Notes under the pieces: generated by a model
Told to the model about the DNA's origin: nothing
Databases searched by the model: none
Seen by the model: the letters and a program-made list of their open reading frames with translations, nothing else
Source of the DNA: Paramoeba atlantica
Lineage: Eukaryota; Protista; Discosea
Direction of reading: 5' to 3'
Length of the DNA: 64,000 nucleotides
Assembly: GCA_977017575.1 (NCBI GenBank)
Contig: CDRNVI010000177.1
Coordinates: 62,001 to 126,000, forward strand
Made by a program: the position numbers and the translations under genes
Shown: positions 11,586 to 24,396 of the stretch, piece by piece
Position numbering within the stretch: the stretch's first letter is position 1
How the letters are laid out: every line of letters begins with the position of its first letter

Positions 11586-11675
11586 GGTGGGAGAGGCTTT
11601 TTGGGAGAGGCTTTTTGGGAGAGGGTTTTTGGGAGAGGCTTTTGGGAGAGGGTTTTTGGAGAGGGGAGGCTTTTG
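11586..11675 (+). repeat. ~14-bp G-rich tandem repeat (gggagaggcttttt), about 6 copies
   Basis: Visible directly in the sequence. Confidence 0.85.
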
Positions 11676-11774
11676 GACAACCCCCATGTTTGCTGGTTTT
11701 TCTTTTTCTTTTTTTTTCTTTTTTTCTTTTTTTTTTTTCTTTTTCTTTTTTTTCTTTTTTTCTTTTTTTTCTTT

Positions 11775-11805
<31 letters not shown>

Positions 11806-12255
11806 CTTTTTTTTTCTTTTTTTTTTTCCTTTTTTCTCTTTTTTTTTCCTCTTTTTTCTCTTTTTTTTCTTTTTCTTTTTCTTTTTAAAAAGAAAAAACT
11901 TTTGAAATACTTTCCTTTTTCTCTCTTTCTTTTCTCTTTTTCTTTCTTCTTCTTCTCTCTTTCTCATTCTCTCCTCTCCTCTTTCTCTTTCTCTTTCTCT
12001 TTCTCTTCCTCTTTCTCTTTCTCTTCCTCTTCCTCTTCCTCTTCCGCTTTCTCTTTCTCTTTCTCTTTCTCTTTCTCTCTTCTCTCTTCTCTCTCTTTCT
12101 CTCTTCTCTCTCTTTCTCTCCTCTCCTCTCCTCTTTCTCTTTCTCTTTCTCTCCTGCTTTCTCTTTCTCTTTCTCTCTTCTCTCTTCTCTCTTCTCTCTT
12201 CTCTCTCTTCTCTCTCTCTCTCTCTCTTCTCTCTTTCTATTCTTTGTTAAAAAAG

Positions 12256-14000
12256 GCTTTTGGCGGGCAACTATCTCAGTGGGACGACCCCAACCGAAAT
12301 TCTCTTGTTTATTTGTTTCTTTTTCTTTTTTTTTTCTTTTTTTTTTTCTTTTTCTTTCTTTTTTCTTTTTCTTTTTCTTTTTTCTTTTAACTTTTCTCTC
12401 TCTTTTTTCTTTTTCTTTTCTCTTTTTCTTTTCTCTTTTTCTTTCTTCTCTCTCTTCTCCTCTCGAGATCTTTCTGACAATACTTTGAGAGGGATTGTTC
12501 CATCAGAAATTGAACATCTTCATCATGTCCAAATCATGTTTTTTTATTTTTTATTTTATTTTTATTTTTATTTTTATTTTTATTTTTATTTTTATTTTTT
12601 ATTTTATTTTATTTTATTTTATTTTATTTTATTTTATTTTATTTTATTATTTTATTTTATTTTATTATTTTATTATTTTATTATATTTTATTATTTTATT
12701 ATTTTTCTTTTCTTTTATTATTCTTTTAATAATTCTATCATTTTCTTTCTTTTCTTTCTTTTCTTTTTCTTTTCCTTTTCTTTCTTTTCCTTTCCTTTCC
12801 TTTTCTCTTTTCTTCTCTTCTCTTCTCTTCTTTTCTCTTCTTTTCTCTTTTCTTTCTTTCTTTTCCAAAAGGTTTTTAGGAGCCAATCAACTGAAAGGAG
12901 AAAAAATCTTGGACAAAATTTCAAAACTTCGTTCTTGAACTGATTTGTAATTTTTTCTTTTTCTTTTTTTTTTCTTTTTTTTTCTTTTTTCTTTCTTTTT
13001 TCTTTCTTTTTTTTCTTTTTTTTCTTTTTTTTCTTTTTTTTTCTTTTTTCTTTTTTGTTTTTTTTTCTTTTTCTTTTCTTTTTCTTTTTTCTTTTTTCTT
13101 TTTTCTTTTTCTTTTTTTTTTCTTTTTTTTTTTTTTTCTTTTTCTTTTTCTTTCTTTTTTTTATCTTTTTTCTTTCTTCTTTTTTCTTTATTTCTTTCTT
13201 TCCCATTTTTCTTTCATTTTCTTTCTTTCTTTCATTTCTTTTCATTTCTTTCATTTTTATTGAAATTATTTTTGATTTTATCAGATCACTGGGAGGGAAT
13301 TTCTTTTCAGGGACAATGCCTGTTGAATTCGCACAACTCTTTGATCTTCCTCAAATGTTTTTCTTTTTCTTTTTCTTTCTTTTTTTCTTTTTCTTTTTCT
13401 TTCTTTCTTTCTTTTTTCTTTTTTTCTTTTTTTTTTCTTTTTTTTTCTGATTATTTTTTGAATAAATTATTCTGTTCTGATGATTTTTTTCTTTTCTTTC
13501 TTTCTCTCTCTTTTCTCTCTCTCTTTCTTCTCTCTCTCTCTCTCTCTCCTCTCTCTCTCCTCTCTCTCTCTTCTCTCTCTCCTTTTCATAATATTATTAG
13601 AGACATTGTTTCTAACTTCACGGGGACTGAATTTGGACAACTTTCCAATTTGACTTGGATGTTTTTTATTTTTTTTTTTATTTATTTTATTTTATTATTT
13701 TTTTATTATTTTATTATTTTTTTATTTATTATTTTTTATTATTTTTTATTATTTTTATTATTTTATTATTATTATTATTTTATTATTATTTTTTATTCTT
13801 TTTTTATTCTTTTTTTTATTCTTTTTCTTTTTTTCCTTTTTAACTCTTATTTCTTTTCTTTCCCTCTTCTTTCTTTCTTCTTTTTTTCTTTCTTCTTTCT
13901 TTCTTCTTTCTTTCTTCTATCTTTGTAGGTATTTCAGTAAGAATTCATTCACAAGACCACTTCCAACCGAAATAAGACAACTCACAAATCTTGTTCAAAT
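12256..14000 (+). pseudogene. Leucine-rich-repeat gene, one repeat per exon (exons 12256-12306, 12466-12537, 12872-12946, 13285-13356, 13601-13660, 13929-14000)
   Basis: Exons of 51/72/75/72/60/72 nt, all phase 2-2 with GT donors, encoding LxxNxLxGxxPxEIxxL repeats (e.g. DLSDNTLRGIVPSEIEHL, SLGGNFFSGTMPVEFAQL). TGA in exon 3; exon 2 acceptor reads CG instead of AG. Confidence 0.75.
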
Positions 14001-14476
14001 GTATTTTTTTCTTTTTTTCTTTTTTTCTTTTTTTCTTTTTCTTTTTTTTTTCTTTTTTCTTTTTTTTTTCCTTTTCCTTTTTTCATTTTCTTTTTTTTTC
14101 GTTCTCTTTTTCTTTCCACCACCAATCCAAGATCAAAAACCTTTATTTTGTTGGGTGTTTTGTGATGATGTGTTTTTTTTCTTTTCTTTGTTTTTCTTTG
14201 TTTTTCTTTGTTTTTCTTTGTTTTTTTTGAATTGGAAAACTAACTTTTCTTTCTTTTCTTTTTTCTGTTAGATGATAATATAATCAAAAATCAAGAAAGA
14301 CATAACAATTGAAGGGATTTTTGTGGTGATGTTTTGGAGTTTTATGAACAAATTAAAAAGTTCTTTTGATTTGTTCAAACAACTCTTTTTTCTTCTTTGA
14401 TATTTTTAAGCTATTTGACCCCTCAAGACTGAATGTCCCAGAAGATGATCCAATTCTCGCTGAGAGAGAGAGAGAA

Positions 14477-14509
<33 letters not shown>

Positions 14510-15344
14510 AAAAGAGAGAGAGGAGTCGGGGAGTTAGGGAGTCAAGGAGACTTGAGATCCCACCAAACGAGGTTCTTTTTTTATTCTTTTTTTTATATTC
14601 TTTTTCTTTGTTTTTTTCTTTTTTTTTTCCTTTGTTTTTCTTCTTTTTCTTTGTTTTTTCTTTTTTCCTCATTTCTTTCTTTTTCCTCTTTTCTTTTTTT
14701 TTCTTTGTTCCTTTTCTTTTGTTTAATCTCCATTTCCCTCTTTCTTTCTTTGGTCCAACAAAGGCTAGAGATACCACTGTTGGTGAAGTCTCCTCTTCCA
14801 CTGTGAATCCTAACTCCTCCTGTTCCTTTACTTCTTGAGTACTTTCTCCAGCCTCCTTCTCGCATCATTATCCTCTTGATTATCCTTGGTTTTGGTCTCT
14901 TCCCCTTTTGAAGTAGAGTTTCTTGAGCCAACTCCAAACCTCCTTTGTTTATCTTGATCTTCCTCTTCCATCTTCTCTTCTTCCTGATCAACATTGTCAA
15001 TTCATGGAAATTTTCGGCCTTCTGGCCAGCTGAGCTGATTGGCATTACGAATTACTCTGGTCTGCCTTGGGTTCATATTTCTTTGTCACTTTCTTTGGAA
15101 TCTCCTTGAACCTCATTCAATGACATCCACCTCACCTCTGAGATCCTTGGATTTCCTAAAGTTGGTGTTAGAGAATCGTTTTCTTCTGTTCTGTCGATAG
15201 GATTGAAGATTTCTCCTAAATCAAATTTCACTTTCTCATCCTTTCCATTCTCATATGTGTCTCTCTCTTCTATTTTCCTTCTCAAGTCCTGATTCTCTTT
15301 CTCCATTTTTTCTGTCCCCTTGTTAATTCTACAAGCTGGTCTTC

Positions 15345-18300
15345 CATGCCATGTTTACATGAATTTGACCATGGTGATACATGATGAGGTGTGAGAGCTT
15401 TTTATGTGCGGAAAGTGCTCAGATCCTTCGATCAAGGATATCTTTTGAGAATATTGCGTTCCTTCTGATGATGTGTGTGCTTTTTGTCCATCTCCTGTGT
15501 CCCATTTTGCCCCCTCATCCACTTCTTGTCTTGCCTCTTTGCTTTCTTCTCCTCTGGTTTTAATTTATTTTAAAGATGTCAGATCATGCAAAATGAATTT
15601 GTGGATGCAGGATCGGAAATTCAGATGGCTGAACTGAAGTGATTGATTATTTTTGTGACAATACCAAATATACCTCTCTGATCTATTACAGTGTTGGAGT
15701 GAGTAAGACCTGCCTCCAACACATTAGTGGTACTTTCCAGAGCTTTTAAAGCTTTCCTGAGCTTCTCTAAGCCTTCCCAGAGCTTCTCTGATGCCTTTTG
15801 TCATGGGTTTTGGCCTTCCTGATGAGCCAGGAGCTTCACAGACAGCCTGTGCGCTGGTTTGGTGCACGAGATTTTTAGTGCTCTTTTTATTTGCTTTCTG
15901 TGCTTTGTTTTTTTTTTGCATTTCGTTTTCACACCGTTTTCTCTGGTTTTGTTTTGGCTTGGTTCTTGTTGTGTGCTTCCTCTTCTCCTCTTTGTTTTGT
16001 GTTTTCCCTTTTTCCCTTCTTTTCTTTGTTGTTTGCTTTCTTGTTCTGTTTTGTGTTGGCTGGGGTCATTCCCATAAAGGTTTTGGTCCAGAGTTTAGTT
16101 TCTTTCCTTTTTCTCTCCTTTTTCCTGTGTCTTCATTGTGAGTGTGGTTCCCCCCACCACAACAGTCCAAAGAGCTGCAAAGTCTTTTGTGGTGCAAATA
16201 TATGTGTGGTTCGCTGCGATGTCTTTCTGCTCAAATTCGGAGAAGAAGTGCTCGTGTGTGGTGATAGATCTAAGAGCTTGTGGCAATATTTTGAAAGTGC
16301 CCAAAGAGAATTTTTCTTCAGAAGAGGAAGTTACTCAAAAGAGAGTTGATGGGGTTGAGAGAGAGACAAAGGTTATGACTCAGCTTGTTACCAAGATTGT
16401 GAACGTGATTTTGTTTGTGGTAGTGACCATTATTATGACTGTGGGGTGATGGATATAAAGATCGTTGGAGTGATCGGAATTATCATGGGGAATGGACCGA
16501 AATTATGACTTTGGTAATGTTTGGTGATCGTGGGAGAGACCAGGGTGTAAAGGAATGGAGATTGGGGTAGGAATAGCACCTGGGTTCCAGGTGACTGTTT
16601 TCAAAGTTTGGGTTGTGAGGGGATGTGTTTGGAGAGGATGAAGAGAGTGACAATGGTGAAAAGAGGGTGTTGAAAGTGATACAATGGGTGTTCGAGGAGT
16701 CTACTTTGATTTGTATGGACACTCTGATATAGTTGATAACATGTTAGAATGAGCTTTGGTGAACCTGGGTGTTTGGGGATAAAACCAAAATCGTTTTGTT
16801 TATTCTCCCCAGAGGAAAAGAAATACATTTTTAATGGTAATCAGGATGTTTTCTTCTTTTCTTTTGATGTATCAAATCTCTTTTCACTCATTTGTTATTC
16901 CAGACCTAATGAGTTTGGTAACACCAACAATCTATCAATGGGTGAAGAGAAATGGTGAATGTTGAAGCACATTGGCTTGTATTTGGCTCAACCTTTTCTC
17001 TGGTCATATCAGACTGCACAGCCTGCAAACCCCTCTGGGGATTCAGATTCAGTCATGAGAAGGATAACAACGCTTTTTTATTGGAACTATGCAAGAGGGA
17101 CCATGAGGAGGTTGACTTTTGTTCAGTATTTTACATTGATGATTTTGTCTATGCAGTTGTTGATGACAAATGTGCAGAGGAAATGTATTTCCAACATGTG
17201 AATAAATTCCTGGAGGAAGAGTTTATTGTGGGGATAGCAAAGTGTTGTATTTTTGAGAGATGATTGGATCTATTTCCTACATTGGGTTAACAACAGGATT
17301 GTGCTTCTCTTTTTTGAGGAGATGTCACTGTGGTTTGCTGTCAAGTTGGAGGTCACTACAGAAGTTATTTTTTCTGATCTGGTTTATTTATTTTTACTGA
17401 TTATTAAAAATTTGTTTGGCAGATATGGTATTGTATGGTAGAATGGCTTCTGTTGAATGGAGAGGTCATCAAATTTTCCAGAGAAGCTCTGTCATTCACA
17501 GAGATGTGTGGAATTGTATGCTCTTAAGAAAACAATTGGTTTTGGCTGGAATTTGTTTGGATCTGTTTTTCACTCTGCAAGTTCATTATTTGAATTTGTG
17601 TAACTGAGAGAGAGTTTTCTTTTTGGCTTCTCTGGGTGACTTTAGCAGCCACCTGTCATCAAACTCCGCCTGTTTGGAGAAAGAAATTGGCTCTTGAGAA
17701 GCTTAGGAACCAACAGTCCTTGACTATTGTCAAAATATGAAAAATACTTCAAGTTCTGTAGCAAACATGGTTTTAGTGACCTGTACAACGCGAGTGTCCT
17801 TGAAAAATACATCTTCCATATGTGCTGAATTGAGAAAACAATTGCCAGAATCCTTCTGTTCTGCTTTTAGAAAGCGCTATGCCATCTCTGGCTTTCCTGA
17901 TCCCTTCAATGAGAAGATAGTAAGTGATGGTATTTGTTTTGGAATGGTTGATTTTTATTGCAGAGCTGGCTCTTGAGAAGTTTGGGGACACAGTGCTTTC
18001 TAAAAGCATAACAAGAAGGGTTCTGGCCCAATTCAGCGCATATGGAAGATATTTTTCGAGGATACACAAAAGTTTTACAGGTCACCAAAACCATGTTCAC
18101 AACATAACTTGAAATATTTTTCCACATTCTGACAATGGTCAAGGGCTGTTGATCATCTCTGGCATCCCTGACACCCCTTCAGATCAATGAACCTTGGCAG
18201 GCAAAGTGGATTTCAGCTTTCCAGTTCTATCAAAGAGCCTCATCAAGATATTTGGATAGATGTTTGTGAGCTGATGTTGAGGGTTAGTTCTCTCCTTAAG

Positions 18301-19040
18301 ATTAAATAGAATGATATTTTTTCAACAGTTTTGGTGTCATTTATGATGTACCATGTGATAGCAGAAGAAGTGTTTGGGTAAGGATTGGATTCTCTTGTGG
18401 GCTGATTGGCACTTGGGTGGAGGGCTGGATCTCAGTTTATTATCCAAATGAAGTTTTGCAAGTTCTTGGAACTTGGAAGGAACGAAACTCAATGAAATTA
18501 TATGTGATGTTGAATTTCCTGAGGAACCCATCACACAAGGGCTTCATCCAGCAGCTCTCCGAAAGAGATCAAAGATGGTGTGGCTCCCTCGCCTTCGAGC
18601 ATCTGCCTTGCCTTTGTGTGGCTTTTGTTCCTTCTTGCTTCCCTCTTTGTCCTTTCCTTCCCCTTTTTGTCTTGCTTTGGATCTCTCTTTTGTTCTCTCT
18701 TCCATCTAGCTGGGGTGCTTTGGATTTCTTCCTTCGTTTCTGTTTTCCTTCCTGGTTTCTCTGTTTTTGGTTTTTGGTTTTTGGTTTTTGTTTTTGGATT
18801 TGAGTATGGTTTTTGTTGTTTGGCTGTGTTGTTTTGTTGACTGTTTCTTTTGGAATAAACACTCAGAGGTGATGTTCCCACTCGAGTACTTTCAAGCACA
18901 TAAAAAAACAAAAAGAGAGGTGGAGATGTGACAGAGGACAAGAAGTTTTATTTAGAAAGCGGTAGAAAAGTTGAACAATCAGAGAAAACCAACAAATAAA
19001 AGATATTTGCAATGTCAACTCCTCAAGCTGAACATTCTCT
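15345..19040 (+). mobile_element. Degenerate tyrosine-recombinase retrotransposon, copy 2
   Basis: Colinear with 1400-4760. SFDVSNLF at 16860, YIDD at 17132, YR N-terminal-like segment at ~17710-17920, and VLGTWKERNSMKLY at ~18460-18503. Confidence 0.65.
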
Positions 19041-21357
19041 CTTTTAATTCTCTTTATTTCTCTTTTATTTCTCTTTTTTTTTTGTCTTTTTTGTCTTTTT
19101 CCCCTTTTTTCTCTTTTTATTTCTCTTTTTTTTTCCATGAGGAAGAGAAGAAGATTCCAGCAGAAGCACCAAAGCCTCAATTGGCACAGACATATTGAAT
19201 TAGAGCATTTTCTTTAGCCTTGAGCCATGGGTGCTAGGACAATGCCCTTTGTACAATCAATGTGAATAATTAGAAAGAGAAAAAGAAAAGAGTGAATAAA
19301 AAGAGAAGTAAAGAGAAAAAAAGAAAAAAGAGAAAAAAAGAGAAATAAAAAATAAAAGAGAAAGAAAAAGAAAGAAAAAAGAGAAAAAAGAGGAAAAAAA
19401 AGAGAGAAAAAAAAAGAGAAAAAGAGAAAAAAAGAGAAAAAAAGAGAAAAAAAAAGAGAAAAAAAAAGAGAAAAAAAAGGAAAAAAAAAGAGAAAAGAGA
19501 AAAAGGAAAAAAAAGAAAAAAAGAGGGGAAAAAAGAGAGAAAAAAGAGAAATAAAAAAGAGAAATAAAAAGAGAAGTAGAAAGGGAAATAGAAAAAGAAA
19601 AAAGAGAAAGAAAGAGAAAAGAGAAAGAAAGAGAAAAAAGAAAGAAAGAGAAAAAAAAGAAAAAAAAAGAAAAAAAGAAATGAAAAGAGAAATGAAAAGA
19701 GAAATGAAAAGAGAAATGAAAAGAAAAATGAAAAAAAGAGAAAAAAAAGAAAAAAAAGAAAAAAGGAGGAATAAAAAGAGAAATAAAAGAGAGAAAAAGT
19801 AAAAAAAAAAGAGAAAAAAAAAGGGAAAAAAGAAAGAGAAAAAAGAAAAATATGAAAAAAAGAGAAAAAAAGAAGAAAAAAGAGAGAAAAGAGAAAAAAA
19901 AAAGAAAAAAAAAGAAAAAAAAAGAAAAAAAAAAGAAAAAAAAAAGAAAAAAAAAAGAAAAAAAAAAGAAAAAAAGAAGAAACCAAACTCTGTATTGATT
20001 GTCTCCCCACTGCACCTCTTTGTTTCTCTTTCTTTATTTCTCTTTTATTTCTTTATTTCTCTTTCTTTTCTTTTTCTCTTTTTCTCTTCTTTTTTTCTCT
20101 TTTTATTTCTTTTTATTTCTCTTTTTATTTCTCTTTTCTCTTCTCTCTTTTCTCTTTTCTCTTTTTCTTTCTTTTCTTTTCTTTTCTTTTCTTTTCTTTC
20201 TTTTGTTCTCTTTTGGTTTTTTTTTCAGTTTTTCTTCTCATCCAAGAACCATAGATCTCCCTCTTTATTTTTTTCTCCTTCTCCTTTTTCCTTCTCTTTC
20301 TTTTCTCTTTTTTTCTTTTCTTTTCATATCATTTCCCCTCTCTTCACCTTTTTTCCCTTTCTTCCTTTGTTTTTCCTCTCATTCTTTCTTTTCTTTCTTT
20401 TCTTTTTATACTCTATAAAATCGATACAACAACCATCTATATATCTTATGAGATACTTCTTAACAGACAAAGAATGTGAAGGAGGAGAAAGATTTTATTC
20501 TGTTTTTTGTATTTCCCATTTTAAAAAGAGGAAAGAGAAAAGAAAGAAAGAAAGGGAAAGAGGGAAGAGAAAGAATGAGAAAAAAAAAAAAGGAAAGAAA
20601 AGAGCAAAAGCCAAAAAAAAAGAAAAAGAAAGAAAAAGAAGAGGAAAGAAAAAGAGGAGGAAAGAAAAAGAGGAAAGAAAAAGAAGAGGAAAGAAAAAGG
20701 AAAGAAAAAGAGGAAAGAGAAAGGAAGAGGAGAAGAGAAAACTTTTTCTGAGAACAGCAAGAAAGGAGGGACAGAGAGTTGAGGGAGGGTGGGGGTGAAA
20801 GAGAAGTTTAAATGAGTTGGTCAAAAGGGTATCCTGGATTTCAGGTGCTCCGGCGCATGTGTTGTTGCTACTCTCTCCAAGCTGATATCTTCTCTTCTCT
20901 TCTCTCTTCTCTCTTCTCTCTTCTCCCTTCTCTCTTCTCTCTTCTCTCTTCTCTCTTCTCTCTTCTCTTCTCTCCTCTCTTCTCTCCTCTCTCTCCTCTC
21001 CTCTCTCCCCTCTCCTCTCTCCTCTCTCCTCTCTCCTCTCTCCTCTCCTCTCCTCTCCTCTCCTCTTCTCTTCTCTTCTCTTCTCTTCTCTCTTCCTTCC
21101 AAAAAACGCAAAACAAAAAAAATTGGGTTTCACTGAAAAAAAGCGGTTCAAAACCGCTGGGGCACTCCTTTTTTTTTTTTGTTGGTTGTTCTTTCGGTGA
21201 TTTCTTTTTTTTTGTTTGTTTGTGTGATTGGTGTTCCTTCTCGCCACACCCCTCATGAACGACAACAAACACAATCAGCCACCCTCAGGTTTTGTTTTTA
21301 ATTCAAAACATTTCTTTTTCTGGATAACTTGAAACAGAAAAACAACAACAATTCAAT

Positions 21358-22320
21358 ATGGTGATGAGAGTTCAATTGATGTCGATTATCGAAAGAGAAG
21401 GAGAGTGGGAAGTTCGAAACACTGAGAATGGAGAAGTGTGTTCGATTCAAGCTCAAGATTTTCAAAGTCTGCAAAGGAAGATCCAGGATGTGTACAGAAC
21501 TTCAACTGCAGTTCAAGTGTTCTATCTTGATGATGAGTGTGATGTCGTCTTTGTGAAACGTGATCGAGACTTGGAAGACGCTTTGTTTGTCCTCCCAAAA
21601 AAGAACAAGACAGCAAAAGCAGTGGAGAGTCAAGTCAAAGAAAAAATCGAAAATGAGATCCAAGAGGTTGAAAATCGAGTGGATGATGATGAAGAGAAAG
21701 TGGGGGATGAGATTTCTGAGAACCCTCAGAAAAGACTCAAGGAACAACAGAAGAGAGAGAAGAAGATTGAAATGCTCAGTAAACGTGATGAGAAACTGGC
21801 AGATCAAATCGATGTTCTTGAAGAAAAGATTGTGGCTCTCCAACGAAGAAAGGAACAGTTGACTGAAAACAAAACTCAAGTTCGAGAGAATCTTGTTGAT
21901 TTGAAAAGTCAAGAGGACGACATTGTTGACAACAAACAAGAGAAAGAGGGGATTGAAGAAATCCAATTGTCTGAGGAAGAAGAGGAAGAGGAGGAAGAGA
22001 GAGATTATGGTAAACCAAGATCATTTGGGCAATCGAGAAAGCTTGAAAACCAACGACGAAACATCGAAAGAAGACTTTGTAATCTTGAAGCGAAAGAAAA
22101 GAAGTCAAAAAAGATGATGGAAACAGAAATTATTCTCAAGAAGCATTTGGAAGAAATCACAGAGAGGTTGGCGACTGAACCAAAAGAAGAAGAAGAGAAA
22201 GACAAAATGTTTATGAATAAGAGAAAAGGAAAAGATGGTTGTCGGAGATACTCTTCTCGCTCATATGGCTCAAAAAAGAAGTTTTTCAATTCTCCTCCAA
22301 AGGAGAGAAGACGGAAATAA
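21358..22320 (+). CDS. PB1-domain, coiled-coil/acidic protein, paralogue 2
   Basis: Intact ORF, highly similar to 9263-10231. Confidence 0.8.
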   Translation: MVMRVQLMSIIEREGEWEVRNTENGEVCSIQAQDFQSLQRKIQDVYRTSTAVQVFYLDDECDVVFVKRDRDLEDALFVLPKKNKTAKAVESQVKEKIENEIQEVENRVDDDEEKVGDEISENPQKRLKEQQKREKKIEMLSKRDEKLADQIDVLEEKIVALQRRKEQLTENKTQVRENLVDLKSQEDDIVDNKQEKEGIEEIQLSEEEEEEEEERDYGKPRSFGQSRKLENQRRNIERRLCNLEAKEKKSKKMMETEIILKKHLEEITERLATEPKEEEEKDKMFMNKRKGKDGCRRYSSRSYGSKKKFFNSPPKERRRK

Positions 22321-22924
22321 TAAATAACAAAATCTCATTCAATTGTTTTTATCAAGAAAAAGTTTATTTCTATTCTTTTTCTTCTTTCTTTTCTTCTTGT
22401 TCCTCTTTTTATTCACTCTCCTCTTCTTTTCTCTGTTAGTTTTTCATCTTTTCTTTTTACGAGGTAAGTTTTCATACTCTCTAGGAAAGAAAAGAGAAAA
22501 GAAAAACAAAAAAAAACAAAGGCAAAAAAAGAACTCCAATTTTTTTGGGGCCAAAAAAATTCCCAGTTTTTTTGTTTTCTGTTTTGTTCTCTCCTCTCCT
22601 CTTTTTCTCTCTCTTTTTTCTCCCTTTCCCCCCCTTTCTCTATTTTCCTCTTGTTTTTCTTTTCTTTCTTTTTCCCTTTTCTCTTTTTCTCTCTTTCATA
22701 GGTATGCTGTCATTATTGGGTTCATATGTTATTTTTGAAAAGAGTCAAGTTGAGGTTTTGCAGTTTCTTTTTTCTTTCTTTCTTTCTTTTTCTTTCTTTT
22801 TTCTTTCTTTTTTCTTTTCCTGTTTTGTGTTTTCTTTTTTTTATATTTTTTTCTTTTTCTCTAAGTGAGGTGCTCTATCTTTTTTTTTTTTTCTTTAGGG
22901 GAGATTTTTTGAGATTCTCTCTTT

Positions 22925-22990
22925 AATTCAGCAGAAGAAAATTCAACAGAAGAAAATTCAGCAGAAGAAAATTCAGCAAAAGAAAATTCA
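22925..22990 (+). repeat. 15-bp tandem repeat (aattcagcagaagaa) x4
   Basis: Visible directly; abuts the palindrome at 22987. Confidence 0.85.
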
Positions 22991-24214
22991 TATTCTCTGT
23001 GTTCGAATTTTCAAATTAGTACCCAGAGAGAATGAAATAAAAAGATCAATTCAAGGGGTGATGGGTGGTGGGTTACTTCTCTCCTTTTGTACCAGAGAAC
23101 CAGAGGGTTAATTCAGAAAATTCAAGAGTGAGGTTTTTCCTTTGGTTCCTCACTCTCTTTCCTTTTTCTCTTTTCTAGATCACTTATAATATATTACAAG
23201 GAATTTTGCCACTGTTTTTTACATTCTTGAATGAAATTCAAAAAAAAAAAGACACTCCCTTCCTTCAGTGAGAGATTGAATTGTGAGTTTTTTGGACTGT
23301 TTTTCTTGCTTATGTTTGTTGGGAGCTTGTATGGAACATATTCTTTTTTCTTCAAAGAAGGTTTTGTTTTCGTTATTTTTTTTTTATGTTTGGTGTGTTT
23401 TTGTTTGTGTTTTGTATTGTTTTTTATTTTTTGGTTTTTTCTTTTGTTGGTTGGTTGGGATGAGTTTGTTGTTTGTTTGTTAGGAGAATTAATTAAAAAC
23501 TGAGAGAATTCTGGGTTGTTTTTATGGATTGTTGTTTCTTTCTTTATTATAGGTTTTTTTGGTTGTTGGTTGTTTGGTTTGGTGGTGTGTAAAGAACATA
23601 TTGTTTAAAACTGTTTGGAATGATTTCACTCCTGAAATGTTTGTTGGAAAAGAGTCTGTTTGGAGTATTGCTGTGGTGCTGTTGTTTTGTTTGATTCTTG
23701 TGTCTATTAATTATTGTAGTTATTGTTGGGGATGTTATTATTGTAGTTGTTGTTATTGATTATTGATTATTATTCTTGTTATTTATTGTTGTCATGATTA
23801 TATCAGCTGGTCTGCTCTTGGAGATATTATTTTTTATTTTTGTTTCCATTTTCTTTTTCTTTTTTTCTTTTTCTTTTTTTATGTGGTGTCTTGTTTTTTT
23901 TTTGTTGTGAAAATTTCTTAAATGAAGCAAGCCTTTTTTGTGCCTGGAAAGCATTGTTAAACTCAACCAAGCTTCAGAGTTCAAATGAAAAGGTCTCTTG
24001 CATGAAAACAACATCTTGAGGGAAAAAAATGATAGAAATTGGTGCAATTGTTAAATTGTTGGAAATTGAGAAATACCTTTAATCATTTGGTTGTGTTGAA
24101 CTTGGGGCAAGAAAATTCCTTGTTATCAAAGGGTGGTAAGGAACCAGGAAAGGGGGCTAACATAAGACTTATTGGGTTCTTTGGGAGAAAGTTTCTTGGA
24201 TTTGTCCTTATTGG

Positions 24215-24346
24215 GTTGTCACCTGAAGTGTTTTGAAAGAATGTTTGTTTGTTTGGGATTTGAACCTGAGGGGTTGTCTTCATAAAACCATCTTGAGTCT
24301 TCCTGTGATTGATCTGTTTGAGGCTTGAAAGTAGTACAACTCAACT
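24215..24346 (+). repeat. Direct repeat, left of gag (LTR/split-repeat-like)
   Basis: gttgtcacctgaagtgttttgaaag...gtagtacaactcaact recurs at 25986-26213 with a ~95-bp insertion. Confidence 0.8.
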
Positions 24347-24396
24347 TTTTTTGGTTTTCACTGGTTGAAATTCTGTTTTTTTTTGGCTTTCTTGAA

